Part shown: positions 11,618 to 23,732 of the stretch, in pieces
Position numbering within the stretch: the stretch's first letter is position 1
Layout: each line of letters starts with the position of its first letter
Origin: Guillardia theta CCMP2712
Taxonomy: Eukaryota; Protista; Cryptophyta
NCBI RefSeq assembly: GCF_000315625.1
Contig: NW_005434518.1
Location: forward strand, 89,151-124,898
Reading direction: 5' to 3'
Length of the DNA stretch: 35,748 bases
Translations under genes and position numbers: made by a program
Notes under the pieces: model-generated
Databases searched by the model: none
What the model was told of the DNA's origin: nothing
What the model saw: the letters and a program-made list of their open reading frames with translations, nothing else

Positions 11618-13357
11618 CATTCCAGCTGAAGACAAAAACGGAGGAGGAGACGACATCGGAGAAGTAGGGGATGGTGAAAGGAGGATTGAGCGGGAAGAAG
11701 ATGAAGCGATGCAGAAACATGGAGGAGACTGGAGGGAAGGGGAGGAACAGCAGGATCATCGATGGGACGTGGATCCAGAGATGAATCAAGATGGAGAAGT
11801 TGAGGAGGAGAACGTGGAAGAAGAAGGCGCACAGGAGGAGAAGGAGGCAGAGCAGCAGCAGCAGGAGGACGATGGAGAAGAAGAGATTTCGTTCAAGAGC
11901 GTGAGCGAAGGTCAAGACTCGCCTGCAGATGAGGTGAGCTATGGCTCCTCTCCCAGGCTTTCTTTCTCCTTCCTTCTCCCTCCCCTCTCCTCTCTCCTCT
12001 CTCTCCTCTCTCCTCTCTCTCCTCTCTCCTCTCTCCTCCCCTCCCTTCCCGTCCCCTCTCCTCCTCTCTCTTCGCTTCCCCTCTCCTCCTGTTCCTCTCC
12101 TCTCTCCTCTCTCCTCCAATCCCTTCCCGTCCCCTCTCCTCTTCTCTCTCCCCCTCTCCGTCTTCTTATCCCCTTCTTTCTCTCTTCGCTCTTCTCTCCT
12201 ACCCTCCCTTCTACATTTCCCTCCCTTCCCCTCCCCTCTCCGTCAGCTCCTCTGCTCCTCTCTTTCTTCCCCTTGCTCATATTTCCTTCATCCTCATTTT
12301 CCTGCTCCTTCAGAGTCTTGCAACTCTCCCAAGTTTGCCGTGCAAGTGCTCGAGTCCGGGCGAGGAGGAGGAGGTCATCCTTCAGCAGGAGAAGGACGAA
12401 CAAGAATCGCCCGTGCTGCTTGAGGCAAGCAACGAGGAGAAGAGAGTTTCCAACAAGGTTGATAATGAGGAAGAGCAGCAGCAGGAGCAGCAGGAGCAAG
12501 CGGTAGAGCATGTGCAGGAACAGCAGCAGAACCAGGAACCGGAACAGGAAAAGGAACAGGAACAGGAGGAAGAGGGCAGTGAAAGAGCTGCTGAAAGAGC
12601 TGCTGGGTCAGCCGAACTGAAAGAAGAGGAAGGAGCTCGCGATCAGTGGTCGACCGTAGGGTTGAAGGAAAGCGACGAGGTGAGACTGTTTCATGCCTCC
12701 CATCACAATCGCCCTCGTTTCATCTTACTCCTCCTTCTTCTCCTTCTCCCTCTCCTTACCCTCCTCCTCCTCCTCCTCCTCCACCTCCTCCACCTCCTCC
12801 TCTCCCCCTTACCCTCCTCGTCCTCTCCTCTCCCCCTTACCCTCCTCCTCCTCCTCCTCCTCCTCCTCCTCCTCCTCCTCCTCCTCTCCTCCTCCTCCTC
12901 CTCCTCCTCCTCCCCCTCCTCTTCCTCTCCCCCTTACCCTCCTCCTCCTCTCCCCCTCCTGCCTCCCCCCTTCCTCCCAAATCTTTCTTCTCTCCACTCC
13001 TCTCCTCTTTAGCCCTCACAATTCTCCTCAGAGTCTCGTTGACCTTCCAAGTCTCCCGTGCAAGTTGTCGAGCACAGCAGGAGAGGATGAGGAAGAGGAA
13101 GAGGACGAGGAGTCCAGGCAGGGCCGAGGGGAGGACGAGTCGTTCTGCCCATCGGCATGCGCAGCATCAGCACTGTATGAAGAAGATGTTGTGAGTTGAG
13201 AGAAATGTCAACAGTCGAGAAGGAAATGACCATGTCTGTTGTTTGCAGATCATGATCCCACAGCCATCTCATCATGGTAAGAACTTCTGCTGGAGCTAAA
13301 CGAAGAGATGAGATTGTTGAGCAGGTGAAGATGAGCACGGAGACATTCTTGGCAAAC

Positions 13358-13432
<75 letters not shown>

Positions 13433-15223
13433 GCAGGGAGGCTTGTCTATCTGCCTCACAGCAAGTATGCATGGAAGGAAATGAGCTGGTGATGGTCGGG
13501 GGTGAGACGTCGAAGAGCGAAGAAGAGCAGCGAGGAGATGAGGCGAAAGAAGCAGACGGGCTGGAAGGAGGAGAACACGAAGACAAGCAACCGAGACAGC
13601 AGGACGACGAGGAAGACAAGGAGGAGGAGAGAGAAGGGGAGCGAGAGGAGGACGATCGGCAAGGGCAGCAGCGGAACGAGCAACACCAGGACGGAGCTGA
13701 GGAGGAGGGAGGAGACGGAGATGAAGGGCGTGGAGGAGGCCAGTCAGAGGAAGGCAGACAAGGACGAGAGGGCGAGGAGCGAGATCAGAATCATTCTGAA
13801 CTGCAGACGAGCATGCAAGGAGCGCCGCATGAGCTCTCAGCTATCGCTATGAGCCCCATCCCCCGTCTCAGCTGCCCTTCCCCTGGCTACCTTCAGCTGG
13901 CGATGCGGGGGAACAACGTGGAAGAGTTTCAGATGGGGAGCGAGACTGGGATGGAGGAGAGAGGAGGTGGGAGGCGAGGAGAGGAGAAACAGGAGGAGGC
14001 TCGGCAGGTTGCAGGAGGAGGAGGAGGAGGAGGAGGACGTCACGACGAACAAGTCAAGATGGAAATGATAAGGAGAAGCCTGGTGGAGTTGCTGAAGGAC
14101 ATTCAGGAGATGCAAGATATAGTCAATGTGCAGCAACAGCCAACGATGGTTGTTGAAGAAGTGGAGCAAAGGGAGGAGAAGCAAGCTGATGATGATCGTC
14201 GAGTTGACACGTGAGTAGAGATGGACTTGTTTGAGAACTTGTCTCAGGCGTGTTGTGTCTTCTGACTAAGATGTTGTTCAGACATGCCCAGGGAGGTCAG
14301 GGGGTGAAGGTGAGATGAGAGTGAAAGAAGACAAGAATGAATGTTGATGTTTGGCTGCAGACATTCGCTGATGTCTCGTCGTCGGCTGCTCGCCATGCCA
14401 TCAACATTGTAAGGCTTCTTCTTGTTGGTTTCGATCCTCATGGCATGTCAGGTGAAGGAGGAGATCCAAAGGATCGAGAAGCTGATCAGGAAGCTGGTTG
14501 CGCTGAGAAAGAAAAGGGGGGGGGGAGGAGAGAAGGAGCAGGAAGAAGAGGAGGAGGAGAAGGAGAAGGGAAGGGAGGACGAGAAGAAGGGGAGTGGGGA
14601 GGAGCAGGAGGAGGAGGGTGGGGTCAACCAGCAAAGGGGAGCGGATGCAGCAGACAGGCATGCCAAGCATACCTTCGCAAATCTCAAGCTCCTTCCCTTC
14701 AACCCCCGGGTTATCGTCGCGCACGTGGGACAGGCGAAGCAGAACATGCTGCATGCTATCAAGGCTTCAGCGGGCGATGGAAATGCGCAGGAAGGGAAGG
14801 AGGAAGTGAGAGAAGCAATTCAGCCTGTGGCGAGGCAGGAGGAGAGCAAACAGATGGAATTCTCCGCCATGAGCTCTGACGCCGACCAACAGCAAGAGGA
14901 GGAGGCAGCAGTGGTGGTGGAGCAGGCAACAGCCGCCACAGCAGCAAGGGAGGAGGAGCAGGTGAAGGAGGAGGAGCAGGTGAAGGAGAAGGAACCCGTT
15001 GCTGCAGAAGAGTCAGAGGAGGAGGTGAGCGAAGGAGAGGAGAGGAGAGGAGAGGAGGGGAGATGAATGGAGGGGGGAGGAGGGAGGGGGGAGAAGGAGA
15101 CACTCGCGTTCAGCGAACTGACTTCAATCTTCTGTCTTGTCGCAGAAACGAGCGAAGGAGGAGGAAGACAAGATAGCTCGGGTGCTGCTGATGATGCAGC
15201 AGGAGGGTTGGATGCAGGATTGA
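10133..15223 (+). CDS. PH-domain protein with long Glu/Gln-rich, partly coiled-coil C-terminal region (multi-exon, spans a gap)
   Basis: Exon 1 encodes a PH-like fold (RRGTLRRK...GFTV...LCCASEEDRDQWIEALRD). Downstream phase-compatible acidic exons (~11285-11933, 12314-12679, 13032-13190, 13325-14211, 14452-15024, 15146-15223) end ...MMQQEGWMQD*. Continuity across the gap at 10915-11014 is inferred. Confidence 0.6.
10915..11014. other. Assembly gap (100 N)
   Basis: N run. Confidence 1.
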
Positions 15224-15496
15224 ACGCGCCCCTGGAATTTTCAACTTTTGCTCAGGGGTTTCGCTCCTGCTCTCAATCTGCGCATGTGAGCGTCTAACAT
15301 ACATATGAATGAAAGATGGATCATAACGGATCCTGTGTAGGAGATGTTGAAGAGCAAAGTTCGATCTGTTTGCAGAGATTTACTCTTTCTCTCACTCAAT
15401 CACTCTGTTTTACAGCTTTACAAGTAGAAGCACCGACGCACACAACAACATTCCCATCTGACACAGTTGCTATCTCAACCGCCAGCAATCACTTTC

Positions 15497-18102
15497 TCAT
15501 TCAACTTGCAGATTCTTGTCCGGACTTTTCGGAACCACCGTGCCCATGAACTCTCTTCTTCCTCAATTCCATCCCTCCACTCCTCCCATCCCTTCCCCTC
15601 GTGTTCATACAGCTTCCTTGCTCTCCGCCCTCCCTTCCTCCTCACCTCTGAACCTGTTGTCCCGGTCTCCTCCCTCCTCCCTCCTCCCTCCTCCCTCCTC
15701 CCTCCTCCCTCCTCCCTCCTCCCTCCTCCCTCCTCCCTCCCTTCTACTCCATAGTCTTCCTCACATGCTCCAGCGCAGCATTCTCCGTCTGCTGCCGCAC
15801 TAGGATGTCCAACGTCTCAACGAGAGGAGCGACGGTCGTGACGAACATCTTCTCGATATTCGATATCTTGCTGTCCATGTGCTTCTGCATCTTTCCGATC
15901 CTCCCCTGCAGTTCCTCGTACATCTCCCGCGCGTCCATCTCCGAGATTTCCCTCTTCTTCTTCTCCACGTGCTCCGCCAGGTCTTGCAGCGCACTGTCGT
16001 TGAGCCCGTGGAAGTGATGCTTGTTGTCAGCGTCTGAGGTTGCAGGGTGAGGGTCGACGCGGAGAGGAGCGGAGGAGCGGGAGGAGATGGAAGGAGAGGA
16101 GAGGAGAGGAGAGGAGGGGCGTGTGCGCGTATGGGGGAGGCAGAGGCAACAGGGGATGCAAGGGACAAAGGAGCTGGAGCTAGGATTCGGACAGGCAGGA
16201 GCTGCTGGCAGGAAGTGGGGATGGAAGGGAGACAGGGAGGGAAGGTTGACTGACCGACCGACACGTCCGTCTTGACCTTCTGCCCTCTGATCCACGCGAC
16301 CAGGTCGGAGGCGAGGGCAGCAGCTGGGGGGAAGGAGAAGCGCCAGCGGTCCTTGCGCTCCTGCATGACCTCCCTGTACGCATCCAGCAGGACTGCCACG
16401 AAGAACCTGACCATAATCAGCACCATCCAGACCTTGAAGGAGATGTAAAAGATCGGCCCCAGCAGCGGCCCGGCTGTCCTGAACTGATCGTACTTCATCC
16501 CCCCGAAGATGAAGCGGAAGCAGGAGGCAAGCGCGACCCCGAAGCTGCGCAGGTCGTGGATCTCCGTCCCGAAGGCCAGTAGGCCGACATGGGCGAAAGC
16601 GAGGAGGAGGAGGAAGCCGGACAGGCACAGGCCCAGCAGGGGCCCAGCAGCCCTCAGGAGGGTCTGAAGGATGACGCGGGCCCACGAGAGCTCGTTGAGA
16701 AACTTGAAGGAGCGGAACCAGAGGAACCAGGCGAAGACAGCGAGGAAGCCCTCCGCCACGTCATACCAGTAGACAGCGTCTGCTAGGTTGTAATAGATCC
16801 TGACGCTGGGGTCGAAGTTGAGCGCCTCGAACTTCATTGCTGCGACTGCACGGAAGACAATGATGAAGAAGACAAGGAGGTAAAGGAATAGGTCGTAGAT
16901 GTCCCAGGGAGACTGCCGAAGGTTGACGTCGAAGTTGCGGAAGAATAGGTATTTGTCCAGGGCATCCATGGCAATGAGGAGCAGGAGGGTCACTTCAAGC
17001 CCAAGAATGGTGAAATCTTGAGCTGAGTGATACCTGCGGTACGAGAACAGGGTTCAGCTCCTGTCTACTCCCCGCCCTCCTCTCTCCTGCCTTCACCTGA
17101 TGAGCTTCGCAGTCCTGACGCTGTACGAGGGGATCACGGCCCCGGAGGAAGGGAGTTCCAGTATCGCTTGCACCATCACGAACCGATTGAGAGGAGGGTT
17201 GTAGAGGAAAACCTCCACCAGCACCACCCTCGTCCTGTAGTCTATCCACCCCGTGCTCTCCAGGTCACCCAGGACGGCTTCAGCCAGCGTGATGCAGGGG
17301 ACGGTCTTGTTAGCAAGTGAGCAGTTGGCTCCCGGAAACTCTTGCGCGTACCCTCCCGATGTGTAGTACCTGAAGACGATCAGACAGACAAGGAGGAGAG
17401 CAGAAGGACAGTCACTTGGTCCCACTGCTGAACGAGGGCCAGGATGATGTGAAAGTGTAAGCCTTCGCCCACTCTGGCTCTGTGTAGAAGGGGCCGTAGC
17501 CCTGTTTGTCCTCGACCTTGGAGGAGTAGTCTGCCGCGCAGTCTACTATCTCCTTGGCTCCTACAAGTTCCAAGTCAGCTAACACCAACGATGGACCATC
17601 GGTGGCAACCTAGGAACTGCTGCGGGACTGTACAAGTCGCCCTTTGCACTCGCTTCTGTCGCATGCTCACAGTTCCCGCTATCAGGTTGTGCCCTGCTAC
17701 CAAGTTCTGATCCCCGACCTCCCACGGATCTCCCCTGAACCAGTCTTGCATGTAAATCGCGTGCATGAAAGGACCTTTCATCCAACTCCAGATGTCGGAG
17801 ACAACACTGATGTCAACAAACTTGGTGCCCGTGAACGAGGCGTTGAGATTGAACTGAGAATGGTCTTCCATGAGGAAGACAGATTGCATAGACCAAGACA
17901 GAGCCTCGTAGTTGGGGTCATCCGATGGGACCAGCGTGACAACACAGAATATGATGACGAAGACAACATGAGCGACAAGCTCTCTGCCTAACCTGCTGTT
18001 CTTGGCATGCTCCGTCAACGCCTTGAGCTTCTTCTTCACGATGGACTTGGAGCTCGTCGTAGCTCTTGATGCTGATCGCTTGCTGCTTGTGCCTTTATCC
18101 AT
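15497..18102 (-). CDS. Polycystin-2 / TRPP-like cation channel
   Basis: S1 (ELVAHVVFVIIFCVV), TOP-domain motifs (MRQKRV; YYTSGGY; WIDYRTRVVLVEVFLYNP), S2-S6 helices (WDIYD; FLWFRSFKFL; LLGPIFYISF...FFVAVLLDAY) and a C-terminal coiled coil. The 3' end is either 15744 or, via further small exons, about 15497. Confidence 0.85.
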
Positions 18103-19512
18103 CTCCTTCCCCTTTCCTTGTTCTCACCTGTTCAACTATCTTCTCTCCTCCTCTCCCTTGTTCAACTCTCGGATCTCTATCGCGGTGCCATACGGCGCCC
18201 AAAACTGGCCAGTTGATTGGCCGTTACAACTGAACCGTTACATCCATCAATCAGCGCCGCACTATGGCTGGGGGTGAGTTAGCCGCCTTGTCGGACTGAC
18301 AGCTGGGTCGAGCGGCTGTGTAAGGCTGTGCGGACCATGGGTGGGCTGGGCTCCCGCGATCAGGCTGGAGGATGGCGCCTGGGAGATCGTTCCAGGACAT
18401 GTCACAAGTCCCTCTCCTACCGTTGCAGTCACTGCTACCCCTGCGATGCAAGCTATGGCCATATACACATGCGAGAACTGCGGCGGATGTCCCTCCGCAA
18501 ATTTTCACCCTTCTCCACCAACATCTCCTGCATCTTTCAGTTCCAACCGACTGTCATACTCTCCACATGCAGGTTTCCCCTGTTCGCGCAAGTACACGTC
18601 TGCAACAGTCGCACAAACTCTGCCTGGCACTTCCTTGCAAAGGAGAAAAAATGTTTCTCCTTCTTGTACCAGGGCAGCGAGTTGATGCTATCTTCGCATC
18701 ATGGCAACTCTGTGCCAGGAACCCTTCCATCGAAGGAAATCGATCTTGAGACAGTATAGGCACAACTTCCATTTACTCTCGGAAGCAAGGTTGAGCTGCC
18801 TGTATTGTGAGATTTGAAGATGAAGCATATTGAGGTAAGCAGAATCCCTCGTGGTGGCTGCCAATAAAAAGCTGCAATCTGCACTTCTGATCAAAAGGAT
18901 GATGGGGAAAACATAAGTTGAGATGTTATCTGACGGAATGATATATACACAACTTGAAGTTCAACACATTAGCACCACTGCATCACAGAAAAAACTGCTT
19001 CGAACTGCAGTCAGTAACTTAACGTAGATCAGTGAAAGCATCCGTCCGTCCCTACCGAAGAGCGCATAATTATCAGTTCAGGAATATCTTTCATTCCCAT
19101 CAAATATATCTGCTCCAATCGCTGTCAGTAAAGCGAGCATTTTGCTCTGCTGCTCAGAGGAACAAGAACACGTTGGGGGTCTGGGTCACCATGTAGACGA
19201 GGCTAGGCACGTAGGGGGTTAGTAAAGGAGGTGTACGCTACTCGGTCGCATCGTCCTGCTGGAATAGAAAAGCTACTGAATGCTTGCTTGTCACCTGGCT
19301 GATCAGTGCATCCGCTCATGGTTTGAAGCGAACTCTTGCTATTTCACCTGCATGCGTTTCAACCGACAAATCGGTGGGGACAAAGAAATTTAAGATTCAG
19401 AACTGCTAACGTAGATTTGGTGAATGGAGGATCACGAAACTCTCACAACAACAGTATTTGCAAATCACTTCCATCACTTTATTGTTTATGTCGAGTTTCT
19501 ACACGTTGACGC

Positions 19513-21041
19513 TTAAGCCTTCCACCAGGGAGCAGTGCCAGTGCGGAAGTCAGTCTCAGTCCAGGAGGAGAGAACGACGGTTCCGTCCTGCTCGCCACGC
19601 TTGGCGAGGGCAAGGGAGAGGGGAGCGGGTCCACGGACAACCTGAGTTGATAAGTAAGAACCAAAAGAACATGAGCAAAACCGGACAGGAAGTGAAAGGT
19701 GGTATTGAGAAAGAAGAACGGATTCATCCGGCGGAAGCTCCTACCTTGCCGTTCTTGTCGTACTGGGATCCGTGGCAGGGGCAGCAGAACTTGTTGGCGG
19801 CCTTGTTCCAGGGAACAACGCATCCCAAGTGAGTGCAAACAGCGTTGACAGCGAAGTTCTCGAGAGCCTTGTCATCGTTGACGATGAGGTAGGTGGCATC
19901 ACCCTGTCGATGCTGTCAAACCGCCGAAACTCTGCAAATCCTTCCTCTTCTCTTCTCCTTACACTGCTCCTGACCTCCCTACCTTTAGTCCCGCCCGACC
20001 TCATCCTACTCCAATCTTTGCCCTCAACTCTCCTCCTCCCCACCTTGAGGCCCTGGACGAGGGAGCGATCTCCAGGTCCATGGGTCTTGAGCCAGTTCTC
20101 GATCTTAACGTCGTTGCCGAGGGCATCCTTGGCGACAGTGCCTGGTAGGAGAACAGCCGTCAGCCCTCAACCACCATCAAAGGTGCTCCGAAATGCTCAC
20201 CGCCACCGCCACCGCCAGCCTTGGCAGGGACGAGGTAGGAGATGAGAACAGCGGGGAGAACGAGGAGGGGGCCAGAGACGGATCCGAGGAGGAGAGCGTT
20301 CATGAGCTGGCGGCGGCCCATGTCGGGCACGAAGCCATCGCTAGCGCTCATCCTGATTCATGGTCAGCGGTGCGTATAGAGAATGCATCGTCTCTCACTT
20401 GGGGGCGACTCTGCTGGAAGTGCGAGGAGCAGAGCGAATGCGCATGGAGGCATCGGCCTTGGCGAGGCTGGCGGGACCAGCAACCTGCGCATGCAAGTCA
20501 GTTGCCCAAAAACCCCGACGAATAACTCGTCATCAAACTGAAATGGCTGTGAACAAGAAGCATGGGACGAGTGATATGACGTGGGAAATTGTGGAGAGTG
20601 TTGGAAATGGTGTGAGAAGCGATCGAGTAAGGAGGATGTTGAAGGAAAACACTTGGATCCTCTGACCCTCCACATTCTGCGACCCCGCCCTCGTGCCACC
20701 CCTCGACCTACCCATGCTCACTTGATAGTATCACAATACATGAAGCTAACACATCCTCCCTTCTCTCTTCGCATTGGATCCTCTTCTTCCATCATCCATG
20801 TTCCAATGCTCAGCTCCCTCCCCATCAGATCAAGCACACACCCCTCGACAAGTCTGGCCTCCTCGTCATCGAAATTGATATCCCCCTTCATCCCATCATA
20901 CTGAACCACAGCCTCTGAGGAGATCCTGACTCTGTCTCCTCACTGATGGAAGCGGGAGGAGGAAGAGGAGGAGCTTACAGGAGCGACGGAGAAAGCAGAA
21001 GCAGCGCCGACGAGGGCAGCAACAACGGTAGCTCTGAGCAT
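19513..21041 (-). CDS. petC: Cytochrome b6f Rieske iron-sulfur subunit, plastid-targeted precursor
   Basis: Six exons: [21 protein letters not shown] | transit peptide | [16 protein letters not shown] | AKDALGND...[10 protein letters not shown] | GDATYL...[26 protein letters not shown] | [12 protein letters not shown]...[14 protein letters not shown]. Both Rieske boxes are intact and the ASAF bipartite motif is present. Confidence 0.97.
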
Positions 21042-21059
21042 GACGACCTTCCGCCCTCC

Positions 21060-22210
21060 CCTCCCGCACCCTCCTTTAAACCCCCGGGGGGTGTTACCCC
21101 TACCCCCGGTCACCTCCATTTCAATACGGGTACTCCAATAGATTGTAGCTTACCTAAGACGGGGTCCTAGGGGAATAGTCTTACCTAGATTATCACCTAC
21201 CTCCCTCGTTGGGAACACCCACCCTTGTACGAGTGGGTTATGAAATCGTTATAGAACCCTGAAATTCTTACTGTACCGGTGCGATTGATATGAAACTACC
21301 CCACACTTTCTAAGGAGAGGACTTACACCCCACCCACTTGATTCCGAAAAAGGATGAAATACCCCCCGTCGTGGTTACCCAATGAGGCAGGGGTAGTGAA
21401 ATTCGCTGGATTGTGGGGGTAGTAAATGTCAGGGGGTGGGTACGACAATGCACGATGACCCACATGAGGGACGGAGGGTCACGTGCTGGTGACCAAGGGG
21501 GTCATATGTTTGTGTAGGGTAGGGTACTTTGATTACCAGAAAATCAGGGGGGTGGGTGGCAGGTCAATGTATGAGGGGGATGATAACAAATGGAGTTCAG
21601 GTGGGTGGGTACGGTACTTAGAGTGGAGTGCAAGGGGGTGGAGTGTAATCATGGGAGCTGACGAAGGGGTGGGGGTTGAGAAGGGCATGTATTGTAGGGG
21701 TGGGATGAAACTTCGCCACGAAATGAAGGGGGTGGTTCTCCTCCCAAACTTGTATCAAAACTACGAAACGATGAGGCCGGGTGGGATGACAATAATATTG
21801 TGGGTGGTAGGGTAGAGAAATTTAAAGGGGTGGGGTCATTGTGATAGACGGGAGACGGTGGGGTTAGCTTGAGATACGCATCTGAATTGAAGCAGAGGTG
21901 GGAGGGTGAGGGGTACTTCATTCGAGAAAACATATTTTTCAGCAAACCATTGGGGTGGGATAAAAATAAGTGTGGGTAGGGTGATGGATTTGATCAACAC
22001 AGTGTGAGAGCACTGGGGTAATTCTGGTCAATATGACGGGTACTTACCATTGCATGGGTCCTTGTACCCATGTTCCAGAGAAAGAGGTACCCCCAATCTC
22101 TTACTGACCGTACCCAAGCCTTGAACTACCCCTATGTCAATGCTACCCACCCCACCTACGCGTTGGTCCATGAAACGGCCTACCCCCACCCCGGCTACCA
22201 CTGCACTCTA
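21060..22210. repeat. Type A island (TACCC / GGGTA-rich) immediately upstream of petC
   Basis: C-rich 21060-21385, G-rich 21385-22020, C-rich 22085-22210. GGGTACTT occurs at 21522, 21911 and 22038. Confidence 0.55.
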
Positions 22211-22404
22211 CACGAAGCAGATGAGCGAGGCGGACCGGCGACCAGCTAGAGGTATAAAGCCGATTTGATAAATTGCATGGACGTCAGCCTTTTTGATAAA
22301 ATTTTGCTCCTGAATTTTGAAATATAAAGGTTAATATTTCAAAAATTACTTATTTTGACTCAAGGAACTTCCATTCAGTTTATTATTATGAGTCACTACA
22401 CGAA

Positions 22405-23380
22405 AGCCGCCCGGCCCGGGGCGGTTCAACGTGTTGGCCCGTACTGTCGGGTGACCGTGCTAGTGACGGTCAGCCCCCGCCTCCGCCGTCACTCAGTCAC
22501 TCAGCCTCCGTCACGGTGATCGGATGACGGTCCGATACGGTCGTCAGCGGCCGCCGCCGAGCTGGCAGTGACCGGCGTACTGGCACGCCGGTACCGTACG
22601 GTACGGGCCGGCGGCGGGAATCATGACCGCGGGCCCGCTGAGCCCGGCCGCGGCCAGGCTGGCAGGCCGCGGCCGCGGCGGCCGGCGGCCCGGCGGGGCC
22701 CGGGGGGCCCGGCCCGGCGGCCCCGCCGGGAGCCTGAGCAGCCCCCGGTCCGGCTGGACGGCAGTCACGGTCGGACCCGGCGCCGGGCCGCCCCCGGCGC
22801 GGCGGGCGGTCACCCGACCCGCGGAGTCCGGCGGCCCGGGCCGCGGGGCCCAGTCACTCCGAGCCCCGGGGCCCAGGGCCGAGTCCCGGATGCCACCGAT
22901 CAGCCGACCGTCCGCGAGGCGGGCCCTGCCACGTCGGACGGTCCGATCCGATCCAGCCTCCGAGGCTCCGACCCGTACGGTACTGAGGCTCGGATCGGAC
23001 TCCCGAGTCCCCGGACCGTACGGCCAGCGGCCTGGCAGTCCGATCGGCCCCGGGTCCGGCCGCGCCGCGCTCCGACCGGGCCGCGGCCTGAGCCGCTCTG
23101 CGGCTCAGGCTGGTCACCGCCCGGCGGCCACCGTCACGTGGCGCGGCTCACTGAGTCACGCGCCCGGCCCGGGGCCGCCGGGCCCCCCCGGGGGCCCGGG
23201 GGCCTTCACGGTGATTATAGCCGGACCGTGATCCGAGACCCCGGCGGTCACTAGTAGCCTAGTAGTGGTCTTAACTTTGAGTAAGGTCAGGGTGACACCG
23301 CCCGGCCGCGCGGCCAGGCGGCCGGCCCGGGGCCGGGCCCGGCACTGCGCAGGGTCGGACTCCGAGGGCCGACTCGTCAA
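22405..23380. repeat. GC-rich palindrome-dense block (type B)
   Basis: Same vocabulary as 800-1830. Perfect 14-bp palindrome GTACCGTACGGTAC at 22591-22604. Confidence 0.6.
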
Positions 23381-23732
23381 GCACAAGAAAGTCTATGTTG
23401 ATGGATAAGGCTCATCATGGGAGAGGGAGGGAACAAGAGAGACGAGAGGGGCAGAGGGAGGGAGGGAGGCAGGGAGGGAGGCAGGCAGGGAGGGAGGGAG
23501 GCAGGCAGGGAGGGAGGGAGGCAGGGAGGGAGGGAGGGAGGGAAGCAGGGAAGCAGGCAGCGGATTGGTAGGAGAAGGAATGAGCGAGTAGTGGGAATGA
23601 ATGAATGAGAGAAAGAGGGTGACCGTGTTCATTTGTGAGTGAACGAGCTTGCAGAAGAGCTCGGGAGCTGACATGTGAAGACGCGGGTGCGGGATAGAAG
23701 CGGGAAAGTTCACCGACAAGACGCCATCTGCC

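Noticed and set aside
13274-13492. SR-repeat splicing-factor-like ORF
   Set aside because: Alternative frame of the (GAGCAG)n EQ repeat in the PH gene.
20718-20909. 63-aa ORF or cassette exon within petC intron 1
   Set aside because: Inclusion would shift the frame, no homology is recognisable, and petC is complete without it.
21060-22210. Telomeric repeat or transposon
   Set aside because: No regular tandem unit, terminal inverted repeat, TSD or transposase/RT coding remnant was recognised.
22544-23386. 228 aa and 202 aa ORFs
   Set aside because: Same artefact in the type B block.
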